Shown here: positions 38,481 through 51,115 of the stretch, piece by piece | Layout of the letters: every line of letters begins with the position of its first letter | Position numbering within the stretch: the stretch's first letter is position 1 | Assembly: GCA_030704615.1 (NCBI GenBank) | Contig: CM060732.1 | Location: 24,862,001 to 24,926,000 of the forward strand | DNA from: Takakia lepidozioides | Lineage: Eukaryota > Plantae > Bryophyta | Length of the DNA: 64,000 nucleotides | Direction of reading: 5' to 3' | Translations under genes and position numbers: made by a program | Notes under the pieces: model-generated | Told to the model about the DNA's origin: nothing | Seen by the model: the letters and a program-made list of their open reading frames with translations, nothing else | Database searches by the model: none

Positions 38481-41400
38481 AAAAATACCTGATTTTTTCA
38501 AATTTGATTAATCCTTGAGGCTACTAGGAGACTCTGCCAACAGATGTACTTCCATAGCCACAGTTCATAAAAATTGAAGATATCCCAAAATTATAACACT
38601 ATTATTTTGGCAGTGAAGTGCACATTCGAAGTAAAAGTTTGGGATCTCCGACAGGGTATCCCATGTGTTTAGGCCTCATGGCAACGTTCCGGTTTGTAAG
38701 GGTTTAATTTTTTCCTTTCAATAATTTATCAATAAAAATCTCAGGGCCTCTGTCCCTGTTCTGAATATATATATATATGACACCTCCCCAAGGAAGCGGA
38801 CATTATGCTGTCTCTTGACCCTGAAGGGCTCCTGCTTCCGGCGGGAAGGTGGACACCTTTGTGATCGCACCAATCCGTGGATTGAATCCACAACCACTTT
38901 CCAGATGGTATGTGCCCATTGCCACTGGGCTACAGCTTGGTTGACGGTACACGTTACACTGGCTACAAATAGTTGACATTATTTTTCGTCTTAAAAGGTA
39001 ATTTCTTAAACTTCATCAGTCGCTATGATTGCTTGTGCAAATCTTTGATGTAGAAATTTAAAATTAAGCACACTGGGGGCTGTGGCCCAATGGTTTGCTG
39101 ATCCGGTGCATTGGCATTGTGGGTCTTGGATTGAATCCCATGTGGTTTTGTTTGCCTTTGGGTTGGCCTCTCAAGGAAATGCAGCTGTTCTAGTAACGAA
39201 GACTAGATTTAGTGTCGAGGAGGAATAGGGTGCCATAGTGCCACATTTCATCGCCACATCAACGTTGCCACGTTTCATAGAAGCGTCATCAACATAATTT
39301 TTGGAAGCTGCCCGGAAAAAGAAAAAGAAAAAGAAATTAATGTCATCATTGCCACATCATCATGATTCATTGCCAAGTTTTGTAGAACAAAAATCCATGG
39401 GTATATAGTATATAAGTGGATATATGAAATAATAGAGTGCTCCCACCAATGATTCCGTTCCTCAGTGGTGGCAACGCTTGTAGGGGTATGTAGCAACGAT
39501 AAAGGGTGTCTCCTTAGGAAAAGGAATCTCACTCTAGAGGACTTCGAGATCCCATAGGACGATCCTCTTGACCAGCACGTATTCAATGTACAGCAGCACA
39601 TCCATCCACACAGGTACACCGGAAATGAACACCCAAAAATCAGCGCCCCAGGGCTCAAATCGCCCTTCCTTAAATAGCCAATCCATCCCTAAACATCTTG
39701 GGTAGATGACCGCCACTCGTTGGCTCTTCGTATTGCTATCTAGATGTCGTGACAAATAAGCCGCCAACAACACACTTGCTTAATATAATACTAGCGGTTA
39801 AAATAACACAACAGTACAGCCTGCTCCTGACTGACACATCCATTGTAACAGTTGTCTTCATCCCAACAACACTCCGCCATTCATTCACGAGGAACACAGA
39901 CTAGAGAGGAATCTGGCCCTTCACAACAGGCAATTTTGAAAATTCAATAACAACCCATTATCCAAAATAATGGTGCCTTCCGAAGAAGGCATAATTTACT
40001 GAGTACTCGTGACAATTGCCTTCCGTTTCGAAAGTGGACACTTGACCCTACATCAGCTAAGTTACGGATAAGCAAGGCACAAGCTCCCAACCACTGAGCT
40101 ATGTGCTTACCAAATTCTATATGACAATTTTCAAACATGTGTTCTATGACATAGTAGTCTAAAAGAAATTCGATAAAAACTCTAGTATTTTTCTCTGTAG
40201 TCGTCATCTTAAGATGTTCTATCCAATATTGCAAAAACTTATTCCAAATCATTTAATTTACTTTCCTACTAGATAATGTTTGCTCTGAGGGTATCTCTGA
40301 ATTAAAATGTCAATGAGATTCGAATAATCACAGCTTCTGAAGGATCATCTAGAAATTGATCTCCATTCATTGTGTAGCAACAATAGAAAGCATTCTTGAT
40401 TTTACTCTACATTATCTCTTGATATATGGATATATAACCCCGGTTCTAAAAAAACACAAATTAGAATCGGCAAAAGCTCATAATCACCGGTTACATAGTT
40501 TAATTGAGATAACCAGCCTGAAAACCGTCAAAGATCAGCCAAAGACATGTTGATTTTTGGAGGTTCTTACAATTAACCGGAACCATTGGTTATTTCCATT
40601 AAAAACATATATGAAAAAATCGGAACTGGAGGTTACGAAAGAAATCAAATAACCTCCCAACACTAGTAACAACCCTAGCTAAGTTGTAGTCCACCGATGT
40701 GTGTCCTACCAAGAGAATCAGATGACCTAAAATATGTACCCCACCCGTGATGGGTAGTCGACATCGAAATAGGTGTCTGAAAGTTGAGGAGGAGGGAGTA
40801 GTCTCATGGCTGTTGCATGGGGCCTACGTGGGCATGTATGGTGATTGCATGCTTTATAGGGCCCACCCCCAAAAGGGGCAATAGCCGTAAGGCGAAGTGG
40901 CTCTTAGTTACCGGTCCACTTGACCGGAGCAGGCAGTTGCAGGGTGATGAACCAAAAGAGGGAGATTTTTTCTCCATGAAAATCTATATAGGTACCTCAA
41001 ATTGAGGGAATTTATCCAAATATTTAATTCTAGATGATAAATATGATATATTTACCACTTTTAGTAAAAAGTCCCACCCAAATAGGCTAGAATTGTTTTA
41101 TTAGAAATTTTAGTATTTAATTCTGAAAATAGAAAAATATTTTTTATTTATAATAATTAGAATTGTTTTTCCATATATCACTTGGTACCTCTAGATTATG
41201 GGTTTTTACACCTTTTTAGTATTGATGATATCCCAAAAGCCTCTAAATGAGGATGATGTACATTAGGGAAAATAGACCCAGTTTGGGCCAGTGTTTAGTA
41301 TAAATTAGTCCATACCTCTCATTTCTTGATGTTTTTAGTCCATATAATAGTGCATTTGGGTAGCTTTCAAAAATGGCATCCCTAATGTGTTTTCATTTTT

Positions 41401-42412
41401 GCTATTACTTAGGTATATATGATGTGTTTTTAGTCCATATGGGTTTTTATGTGTAACACTGCAATCCATAAGATTCAACTTTAAGAGTCCATAGTTCTTT
41501 CATAGATAATCTTTTTTACAATAAAAAAAATTGGAGTATGTCTGTACTGTAGTTACAAATCATAGACCATATAAACTTGTATGAAATATTGAGTTATGAT
41601 TTTACTATAAAAGATACTATGAATGGAGGTCAATGCAGAAACTGCCATGTTATGCAGTTCTTGGTCCACCATAGCCTGCAACTACCCGAGTCTTCTCTCC
41701 CTCTCTCTGGTGATTGCATGCCTGCCCACCTTGGTATTGCATGCTCAAGAGAGAACGCCAAATATACAGTGGTAGAAATGTGGCTGTTGCTCAGAGGACA
41801 CATGACTATCAAAAAATTTCTAGATTCTTCATTGGAAAACAAGCGTAAGCCGATTGCGTCGTATTTACTTGAGTGTCTCTGCATCATGTTGTGTTTACTT
41901 AAATGTCTCTACATGAAGTAAGAGAAGAGGGAAGCATGCTACGATGCAAGGACGCTAAGATGAGCATCAACAATCAGTGCTCCAAGTGAAGGTTGCTGTC
42001 ACAGACATAGCCAAGAAGAACTTACCTAGAATAACTTCCAGAAGTTACCGAGTTACCGGGAATTTCCAAGTTATCAAAAGTTACCATGAGTTACTAAGTT
42101 ATCATGAGTTTACCAAACTACCGAGAGTAACTTGCAAAACTGCTGAGGAAGCTTCATTTGGAATAAACTTCTCAATCAAGAAACCTCTTTTGTTTAAGGA
42201 AACTTCTCCATAAAAAAACCTCATGAGATACAAAGTAGAAATATAGACCCTAAATCATATCAACTGAAATGACGAGCTAAGAATGCATTAAACAGAGATA
42301 CATGTTGGGGAAGCTTCTTATAGAACTTCCTAGTAGCTAGTATATATAGAAGGCGAGACTGAACATTCCCCAGTCTCGCCAACACAAGTTCAAGCTACTT
42401 TTGTTTCCAGTA

Positions 42413-45400
42413 CTTCAATGTGCTCTTGCTCGAAGTCGCGGATATGGCGGAACCAGAAATGGTCTTCAACTTTGTGGTAGGATTGGCCCCATGGGCCAGG
42501 CGGAAGTTGGAGGAGAAGCCACCAAAGACTTTGAACGAGGCAATTGAAAGGGCTGAATGTTTCTCGTATGTCCCTAGAGGCGAAAGACAAGACCGTACGG
42601 AGCTAAACCACAAGAAAGCCCGACGGGAGGGTGACTCCTTCCGACCGGAAAAAAAGTGGGATAGGCCACGCGGCGACAATGGCACATGGAAATCGAAGGG
42701 AGGGCCTTCACACGTCAAGGCGGCACCCGGTGCTCCGAAAGAAAAATCAGGTGCGGCGGCTTATGGCGGACAGAAGACAACCTTCGATGGAGTGTGCTTA
42801 ATTGCGGGGAGCCCGGGCACATGGCCAAGAAGTGCACGAAACCCCAACAATTGAACATGACTCGGGCGACCACGGAGCTGTCTGAAGATTCTATCATCAG
42901 CTTGGTGGAAGCGGTGGTCGCTAAGACTTGTAAGGTAGGCAACTACTCTTGTGAGTTGTATCAGGAGACTGGAGCCATGCGTAAAGGGAGTCAGTTAATG
43001 TTTGTGAGTGGGATAATTTCCGGAACTAACGTGTCGTTGTTGGTGGACATAAGAGCGTCGCACTCCTTCATGACACTGGCAACGGCACGAAAGCTGGGGC
43101 TTCCGACAAGTGATGTGGGGGCCTCTATTGAAGTATGTTCTGCCAAAGAAGAACCACAACTAGCGACGAGGTTGACATTCGATGTTTCTCTTCAGCTGGG
43201 GAGTTGGGATGGACGTGAAAACTTCACCATTTGCGAGATCGATGGAGTGGATCTCATTTTGGGGATGATCTTTTTGAGCAAATCTGGAGCGGTCATAGAT
43301 GGCCACAAGAGAGTAATCACACTACCGTGTGGAAATGGTGACGAAGTTTTACGGGTGTCGAAAACGCCCAACCGAGTGGGAGGGCGAATAAACCTGCTAA
43401 CAGCAAATGAGTGGGCCGTGGAGGAGCCACACGAGCTGAGCCCAGATTGGATCAATGGGATCCTGGAGAAATACTAGGATGTGATGCCGGAGGATTTACC
43501 AAGCAGCTTGCCACCGCGAAGAGGAGTTGACCACAAGATAGAGGTGATACCGGGATCGGAGCCGCCTGCCAAGGCGTCCTACCCGTTGAGCCACAGAGAG
43601 TTGGTCGAGCTGAAGGCCCAGCTCAAGGATCTAATGGCAAAGGGGTACATCCGGCCAAGTAAGTCACTTACGGAGGATATGACGCTGCGGATGTGTGTCG
43701 ATTATAGGGCTATGAATAAAGTGACTATAAAAAACCGGTATCCTTTGCCAATGATCAACGACCTCTTCGATCGGTTGGCAGGAGCAAAGTATTTCAGCCT
43801 GATCGATTTACGTTCGGGTTATCACCAGATCCGGATAGCGGAAGGAGATGAGGAAAATACAGCATGGAGAACAAGGTATGGCTCATACAAATTTTTGGTG
43901 ATGCTTTTTAGGCTCACCAACGCGCCAGCAACCTTTAGCACCTTGATGAACTGCCTCTTTCAGGAGTGGTTGGATGACTTTGTGATCGTGTACTTCGATG
44001 ACATCTTGGTGTACTCGAAAACGAAGGAAGAGCACTTGGAGCACCTCAAAAGGGTGTTCCAGAAATTGCGGGAAGGGAAGCTGTATGCCAAAGCTTCAAA
44101 GTGCGAATTCGGGGTCACAAAAATGGAGTTCCTAGGGCATGTGATTACACAGGATGGGATCAAAATGGATGACAGAACGGTGAGGGCGATCTTGGACTGG
44201 GGACCTCCGACTTCGGTCCCGAGAGTGCGATCCTTCCTAGGATTCGCCTCCTATTACCGAAAGTATGTGAGAAATTTCGCCAAGATCGCGGGGCCGTTGT
44301 CAGACTTTCTATGTAAGTCCAAGGTATGGGTATGGGACACCTTTTGTGGCCAAGCTTTTGCCGAGTTGAAACAACGGATGGCGAAAGCTCCAGTCTTGAA
44401 AATCCCGGAGTTCGACCATTCATTTGAGATTTATACAGATGCGTCGGACTTCGCAATCGGGGGTGTGCTCATGCAGAATGGACGTCCAATGGCTTACAAA
44501 AGTAAGAAACTGAATGAAGTGGAGCGACGGTGGCCTACGCACGAGAAAGAAATGAAGGCGGTGGTGCATTGCCTTGAGCTTTGGCGCCACTATGTTGGTT
44601 CCAACCCGGTGAAGGTGTTCACAGACAATGTCACGGTGAAGTATTTTGCCGCACAACCTAAGTTGTCCCCAAAACAACTTAGGTGGCAAGACACTTTGGC
44701 AGTGTTTGACGTGGATATCTAGTACAAATTAGGACGGGGCAATGTGGTGGCCGATGCTTTAAGTAGAAAGCAGCAACTCATGTTGGTATACAGGGGCGAG
44801 ACGGCACTCCAAAGGAAGATCCGGAAGGCTTACCGGAAGGATGAAATGACGAAGTCTGTGATGCAAGACTTGAGGTTGGGGGTTAAATCGCGGTTCCACT
44901 TGCACAATGGACTGCTCCAGTACAAACAAAAGCGTCTCTATGTACCAAAGAGAGGAATCAAAGATAGTCTCTTGAGAGAATGCCACGATGGCCCGCTTGC
45001 CGGCCACGGCGGAGCCAAACACACCGCGACACTATTGAAGAAAGAATATTTCTGGCCCAAACTGAGGAGGAGGCCGAGGAGTATGTCAAGATATGCACCA
45101 CATGCCAACAAAACCGAAGCGAGTACAAAAAGCAAGCGGGGCTGTTACAACCTTTGCCGATTCCAGAGGGGTCTTGGGCAGTGTCTCGATGGATTTCATG
45201 ACTACTTTGCCGCTTTCAAAATGATTCGATACAATCATGGTGGTGGTGGATAGGTTCAGTAAAATGGGTCATTTCATCCCCACCAAGGAGATGACAACGG
45301 CGCAGGAGATGGGGCGACTTTACTTCGCCCATGTTTTCAAGCATCATGGACTCCCGAAAGATATTGTCTCGGACCGCGATCCAAAGTTTTCCAAGTAAAT

Positions 45401-47877
45401 TTTGGAGGACACTTTGGAAAAAAAATAGGGACGAGGCTCAAGATGAGCACGGCATTCCGACCTACAACAGACGGCCAAATGGAAAGAGTGAACTTCGTGA
45501 GGAAGCAAATCTTGCGGAATTATGTGCTGGCAGACTAGTCGGACTGGGTGGAGCACTTGGATGCGGCAGAATTCTGTTATAATAAGACAAAACACTGCGC
45601 AACGGGAGTTTCCCCTTACGTATTGGTCTATGGAAAAGCACCGCTGATGCCGACAAGTTGGGCCGCCCAGGACGACGAGGAACCGGCAGCACTGAAAGAA
45701 CGCGAGCGTTTGTTGGAGCTCGCAAAGTACAACATTGCCAAAGCTAGGAAACGGTATGAACGGCAGGCGAATCGGAAGCGGAGGGAAGTTAAGTTTGAGG
45801 TAGGCACGGAGGTTTGGTTAAACATCAAGAATTTTTTACTACCTCCGAAAGTGAGTCCAAAGTTCATACCTCCGTATGCGGGGCCTTTCCGCATCCGGAA
45901 GGTTATGAATGAGGATGTGTATGATTTGGAGTTGCCGACAAACAGCAAGGTGCATCCGGTATTCCACGTTTCCCTTTTGAAGCCTTACTTCAAAGATGAA
46001 GCGCGTCCAAATCGGCATCAAGTGTTGCGTCCGCCACCTGTGCTGTTGGATCATAAAAATGAACCCAAGTACGAGGTGGAGGCAGTGCTTAAATCGAGGA
46101 GGTTTCAAGAATAAAAAAACGGAGTATTTCATGAAATGGAAGGGCTATCATCAAGTGGAGGTAACTTGGGTGTGTGCCTCAGAAATGGGAAACGCATTCG
46201 AGGCGGTTGCTGCTTTCGAAGGGCGACCTCAAAAGCGGAAGAAGCGTTGATGGGGACATCAACCTTGGATCGTGGGGGAGGAAATGCATGCTTAGTCCGG
46301 CTTAGCTAGCTTAGGAATCCGATTGCAAAAACTTGTGTTGTGCAAATTTTGTTTATAAATGAAATGGTTTCCAAATGTTGTGCTTCATATTTTTGTTTGG
46401 AATGGTGATGCATGGTATGGTTGGCTAGTGTATAGAATGCATGCTAGCTTACAAAAGTGGGAGAGGTAAGTTGGATTAATCGTGTGTTTGCGCTGTGCCA
46501 AAATCGGGTGGCTCCCATCCAAGGGGCAAGGAAACTTGCACCTTCTTTGGGAGTTCACGTGCTAGTGCACACCTGGCGCGTGCACGTACTATAACTGCGC
46601 TACCGAGGGGGTTGCCTTGTAGTGCGGGCTAACGCGGAAGCTACGTGCTTCCGTTCACGTACTATAATCGTGTAGCCTCGGGACGAAGTCGTAGTGCGGC
46701 TTCGGCGTGTTCTCGTACCTCAGGCCAGCATTCCAAGGCGGACCCAATTGTAGTGATTGGGGCACATGGTTGGTTCAAGGTTATCTTCCTAGTCAAAAAA
46801 TGGTTCAAGGTGAACCCTTGCTCAAGGTGATGCCAACAGCGACATCATGAGCGGTCGCAAGCAATGTTGTTGCAGTAAGGTGATTCGATCCTCGGGGAGG
46901 ATCGTTCCTTGGCCTTAAAGTGGGCCAAGAAGAGTGCACTGGGTGGAGCTTGAGAGGTTCTACCCTTGGCCAGGACTTCGGCCGAACTAACTAGTGGAGA
47001 GTAGAGACAAGTGGGGGTTTGGTTCTTTGCCATGGGACGCCATGGTATGGAAACAAACTCCTTGATGTGGGACGCCACAACTTGGATGTTAGTTTCTACA
47101 AAATGGACAAGTCCATGAGGACATCGGCTCCCTATTGATAGGGGTGTGTGTCGCGGCCATTTGCCTTGAGAGCAGGGGGTCGGGACACAAGAAGGGCTGC
47201 CCCTGTCGTGGGGGCAGTGGCAACAATAGGTATGGGGGCTGAAGCACCCTTGAGTACCCAAGGCACTCAAAGAGGCGGCGTCACTCACTAGGTGGAGCCC
47301 CGCACACCTGGTTGCGGTGGGGGTGGTTCCACGAGGGGTGGTGGTAGCTTAGTGGGTCTTAATGGGGGTGACATAGTACTCACCATAGGGCTGAGACCTT
47401 GTGGTGGGAGTCGTGGGGAGTGTTGCGACTCATCACGGTCCATTGTCCAGGGCCGTGGTGGGTGGGCCAAGACTCACCGTGACTCATCACCGGGAATCAA
47501 GGGTCTTCGTGATGGTTCGCCATAAAATGACTGTGTTGTTTGTGAAACCCCCCGGATAGTCACAGAAATATATATAGGGAGTAGTAACCCCGAGAACAAT
47601 GCAAGCCCGTTGGTGACCAAAAACTAGTGAGTAAGCGTGCGAGCCGGAAAGCGACCAAGGTGTGGGGAGCTGTTCCGGACTGCCAATAACCAAAGGGAAT
47701 TTCCACTAGGCCCAAAATGTGCGAGGGTCCTGTGGAGGAGCAAAGGGGGACCGTTATGCCCCGGTGAGCAGCCGAAGCTCCGAGTTGGCCCGACGGCCAA
47801 TTTAGAGAGTTAGGCGCGCGCACCAAAGCGAGTAACTATGACTTGAAGGGGAGCTTACCGAAGTGAGGTGCGTGACA
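42413..47877 (+). mobile_element. Ty3/gypsy chromovirus, 3' portion (gag C-half, PR, RT, RNase H, integrase, chromodomain, 3' LTR), decayed
   Basis: NCGEPGHMAKKC zinc knuckle, LLVDIRASHSF protease, VYFDDILVYS RT, YTDASDFAIGGVL RNase H, HHGLPKDIVSDRD integrase, YEVEAVL..EYFMKWKGY chromodomain. LTR 47149-47877 (TGTCGCG...CGTGACA) followed by GTATG. Confidence 0.95.
47149..47877 (+). repeat. 3' LTR of the chromovirus
   Basis: TG...CA ends; preceded by purine-rich GATAGGGG; reverse-complement homologue at 50397-51115. Confidence 0.9.
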
Positions 47878-49702
47878 GTATGAGTATATAATAATGCAGC
47901 TAGTTATAACATGTACTACAATTTGGTTAATTCAAAGCTCCATGTTGCAATTCAGACTTCATATGTTGTTTCGTGCTACTTGGGTTACCTTTGCCTACTG
48001 TTTCACGGCTTGGATTACAATTAGCTATGTGCTATGGTGAGCTGTAGAAATACCATATCAATGCTCATACCCCCCCAGTATCACTACAGAGAAAAGGCAA
48101 TATCAGTACCATACTCATATACAGCCCAAAGTACAACTACTCATACCAGATTCATACCCAAGTTGCTCATACCTGTATAGATACTTATACCAGCCTGGTA
48201 TGAAAAAAGGGTGGGACCCTTCATACCAGGACCAGTCTGGTATTAAAAAATGGACATACCAGTCCAACATTGGACCTTACCTTTCTTGTTGTATGGTTCA
48301 TCCACTCGGATGACTGTTTCCTGCAACTTACATCCAATCGTGTCAAGGTATAGTATGTACCATTTTTGAGCGAAAGTCCAAAAACAGCTCTGGACACTTA
48401 GGGGTTAACACCCTCCAATATTTTCGAGATGGCAGTCATCTATCACCTTCACCAACGCTATGGGAAAGTACAGTTGACAGGTTTGCTTGAGGATTTTCAA
48501 GAAATCGGAGCTGTACTACGTAGCCTGTAGTTGAGGACGATATCAAATACGATAGAAAACTAAATTTTTCCATATAAAAATCAGAAACGTCTTTCATATT
48601 GTAATCAATCAAATTTCAATATATGCATCAGGATTGACATGTCCATAGTACAATGTACGGATCCTTATTAACAACGGCCTCTCTAAAGCGATCACCATAT
48701 GCTACATTGAAATCGAGTGGTTCTTCTGTACATGAGGGCTCGTCGAAATATCGTGAACCTTGTTTACAGTCATCTTGAAAAAATATATCATTAACCGCTT
48801 CAATGCTAGTCTCTGTTGCAGGCATTAGCATTATACGTCATAGAGCCTTACACCAATGCAGGTTCATTTCCTGCGGGAAAAACATACTCGATGCATAAGA
48901 CTTAATCGATTTTAGCATTGATGACAAGCAGCCCGAAAATGTACATGTCAACTGTTTTCAAGAGCATTGGTGAAGTGATAGATGAACGTTATCTCGAAAA
49001 CATTGGAGGGAGTTTTTCAGCTCTACACTACCATATAACGCATACATTTCTTTCTCTTTTCCATATTATACGTTGTGACATTATAACTAAAAAGCTTGAA
49101 ATGTAGTCGATCATAATCCTTTAGACAATAATATCCAAATATACCTTTCCAAGTGTCTAGCCGCACCTGTCATAATGTTTTGTGTCCCACTGGTGCGCTA
49201 TATCCCATCCTAGAAACTTTTATGAGTTTGTTGATTTGAATGATACTTTTAGTTAGAATTCTAATTACCATTTGAAAACCACCGCAAAAAAACCAGCGAG
49301 ACATCTTTCATCCATAAATTCTTTTAACGATTAAAAAATGTCAACATGGACATCACATCCTCCAACACCAATGGTGCATGAAACCTCGAACACTTTCAAT
49401 GCAGCTTTCTCCATTGCCGTAACTTCTTAGTGCCGGCCCCTGTCTCTCTTCTCACTGCAACTATCAAGGACGAGGGCATGACTGAACACAAACAAGAGAT
49501 CAAACTTAGAGGTACAAGACTAGACACGAAGTCAAGGTCGGCTGGCCGAATGCATGATGGATAAAGAAGAATCAAGATGATCTTTATAGCAATGGACAAG
49601 AGTACAAGATACTGGAACTCAACTTGAATACTGGAATGTTGGAAACTGGACTGGAGTACCAGATACTGGAAACTGGACTAGAGTACTGGAGTCTGGACTG
49701 GA

Positions 49703-51115
49703 GCCTGAACATATCCTCGAATGTCATCCGTTTGCTTCAAATTTCTCATCTTGTCCCGGGCAAGCCAGAACACGTTGAGGGGCACGAACTGTTTCTTCAT
49801 TAGTTCATTGAACCCACTCTAGCTCAAGGTCTCTAGGTTTGGCCCTTGGTCCTGAAGACGTTTCTGCCACCATTGTTGAGCATAACCCCTCAAATAGGTG
49901 GGTGCCACTTCCACCCGATTCCTCGTCACTCAACTTGGCCGCCCGGAAGTACTGCTCTAGCTCCAGGAGCCAGGTGTTGAGTGCCTTCCGATTTCGGACG
50001 CCCTCGAAGGTGCCGGGTTCCTTAGGCTTCACCTTAAACTTTGCCTTAGTGGAAGTGGCGTTGGCAGCTTTCATTACGTCATTCAGTGTCCCGCTAAACT
50101 GTGCCAGAAGCCCTTCCCAAAAGGCTGCTGGCATGGAAGACATCTGTTGGTCTGACGGAACTTTTGGGAAGTCCTCGGGCTCCGTCCCCTCAAATTCCTC
50201 CCGCTCTCGAGCGGCCTCGCTATCAGAAGCATAAATTGCCTCTTCCAGTTGTCGCTCCGGTGACACGGCGCTCCCACCGGGCTCACCATGATCATCATCT
50301 TTCGGGCCATTCCGCTTTCGTTTTGTCTTGACCGACCCTATGATGAGGCCAATCTCAAGGACGATCGTGTACTGAACTATAAGCTCTGATACCAAGTGTC
50401 GCGCACCTCACTTCGGTAAGCTCCCCTTCAAGTCATAATTACTTGCTTTGATGCGCGCGCCTAACTTCCCAAACTGGCCGCCAGGCCAACTCGGAGCTTC
50501 GGCTGCTCACCGGGGCATAACGGCCCCCCTTTGCTCCTCCACGAGACCCTCGCACACTTTGGGCCTAGTGGAAATTCCATTTGGTTGTTGGCAGTCCGGA
50601 ACAGCTCCCCACACCTTGGTCGCTTTCCGGCTCGCACGCTTACTCACTAGTTTTTGGTCACCAACGGGCTTACACCGTTCTCGAGGTTACTACTCCCTTT
50701 ATATATTTCTGTGACTGTCCGCGGGGGTTTCACAAACAACGCAGTCATTTTATGGCGAACCACCACGAAGACCCTTGATTCCCGGTGATGAGTCGCGGTG
50801 GCCCACCCACCACAGCCCCAAATGGACTGTGATGAGTCGCAAGACTCCCCACGACTCCCACCACAAGGTCTCAACCCCATGGTGAGTCATATGCCACCCC
50901 CACTAAGACCCACTAAGCTACCACCACCCCTCGTGGACCACCCCCACCGTAACCCAGTGTGCGGGGCTCCACCTAGTGAGTGCCCCCGCCTCTTTGAGTG
51001 CCTTGCGCACTCAAGGGTGCTTCAGCCCCCATACCTATTGTTGCCACTGCCCCCACCACAGGGGCAGCCCCTCTGGTGTCCCGACCCCCTGCCCTCAAGG
51101 CAAAGGGCCGCGACA
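49703..51115 (-). mobile_element. Same chromovirus, 5' portion: 5' LTR (51115-50397), tRNA-iMet PBS (50394-50383), gag N-half
   Basis: PBS TGGTATCAGAGC 2 nt after the LTR; gag KVKPKEPGTFEG..WLLELEQYF..RDKMRNLKQTDDIRGYVQA; outer flank CATAC (51116-51120) is the reverse complement of the TSD GTATG. Confidence 0.92.

Noticed and set aside
39944-40252. 102-aa ORF, also similar short ORFs at 41577-41921 and 48628-48831
   Set aside because: No motif I can recognise; likely decayed TE sequence, not assignable without a search.
41920-42412. Possible solo LTR continuing into reverse-complemented 49702-~49400
   Set aside because: The composition is LTR-like but I could not define TG..CA ends or a TSD, so it is not called as a feature.
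47149-51115. Two separate LTR elements, or a large TIR element with ~720-bp inverted repeats
   Set aside because: The shared TSD and exact gag rejoining show one element split by an inversion.
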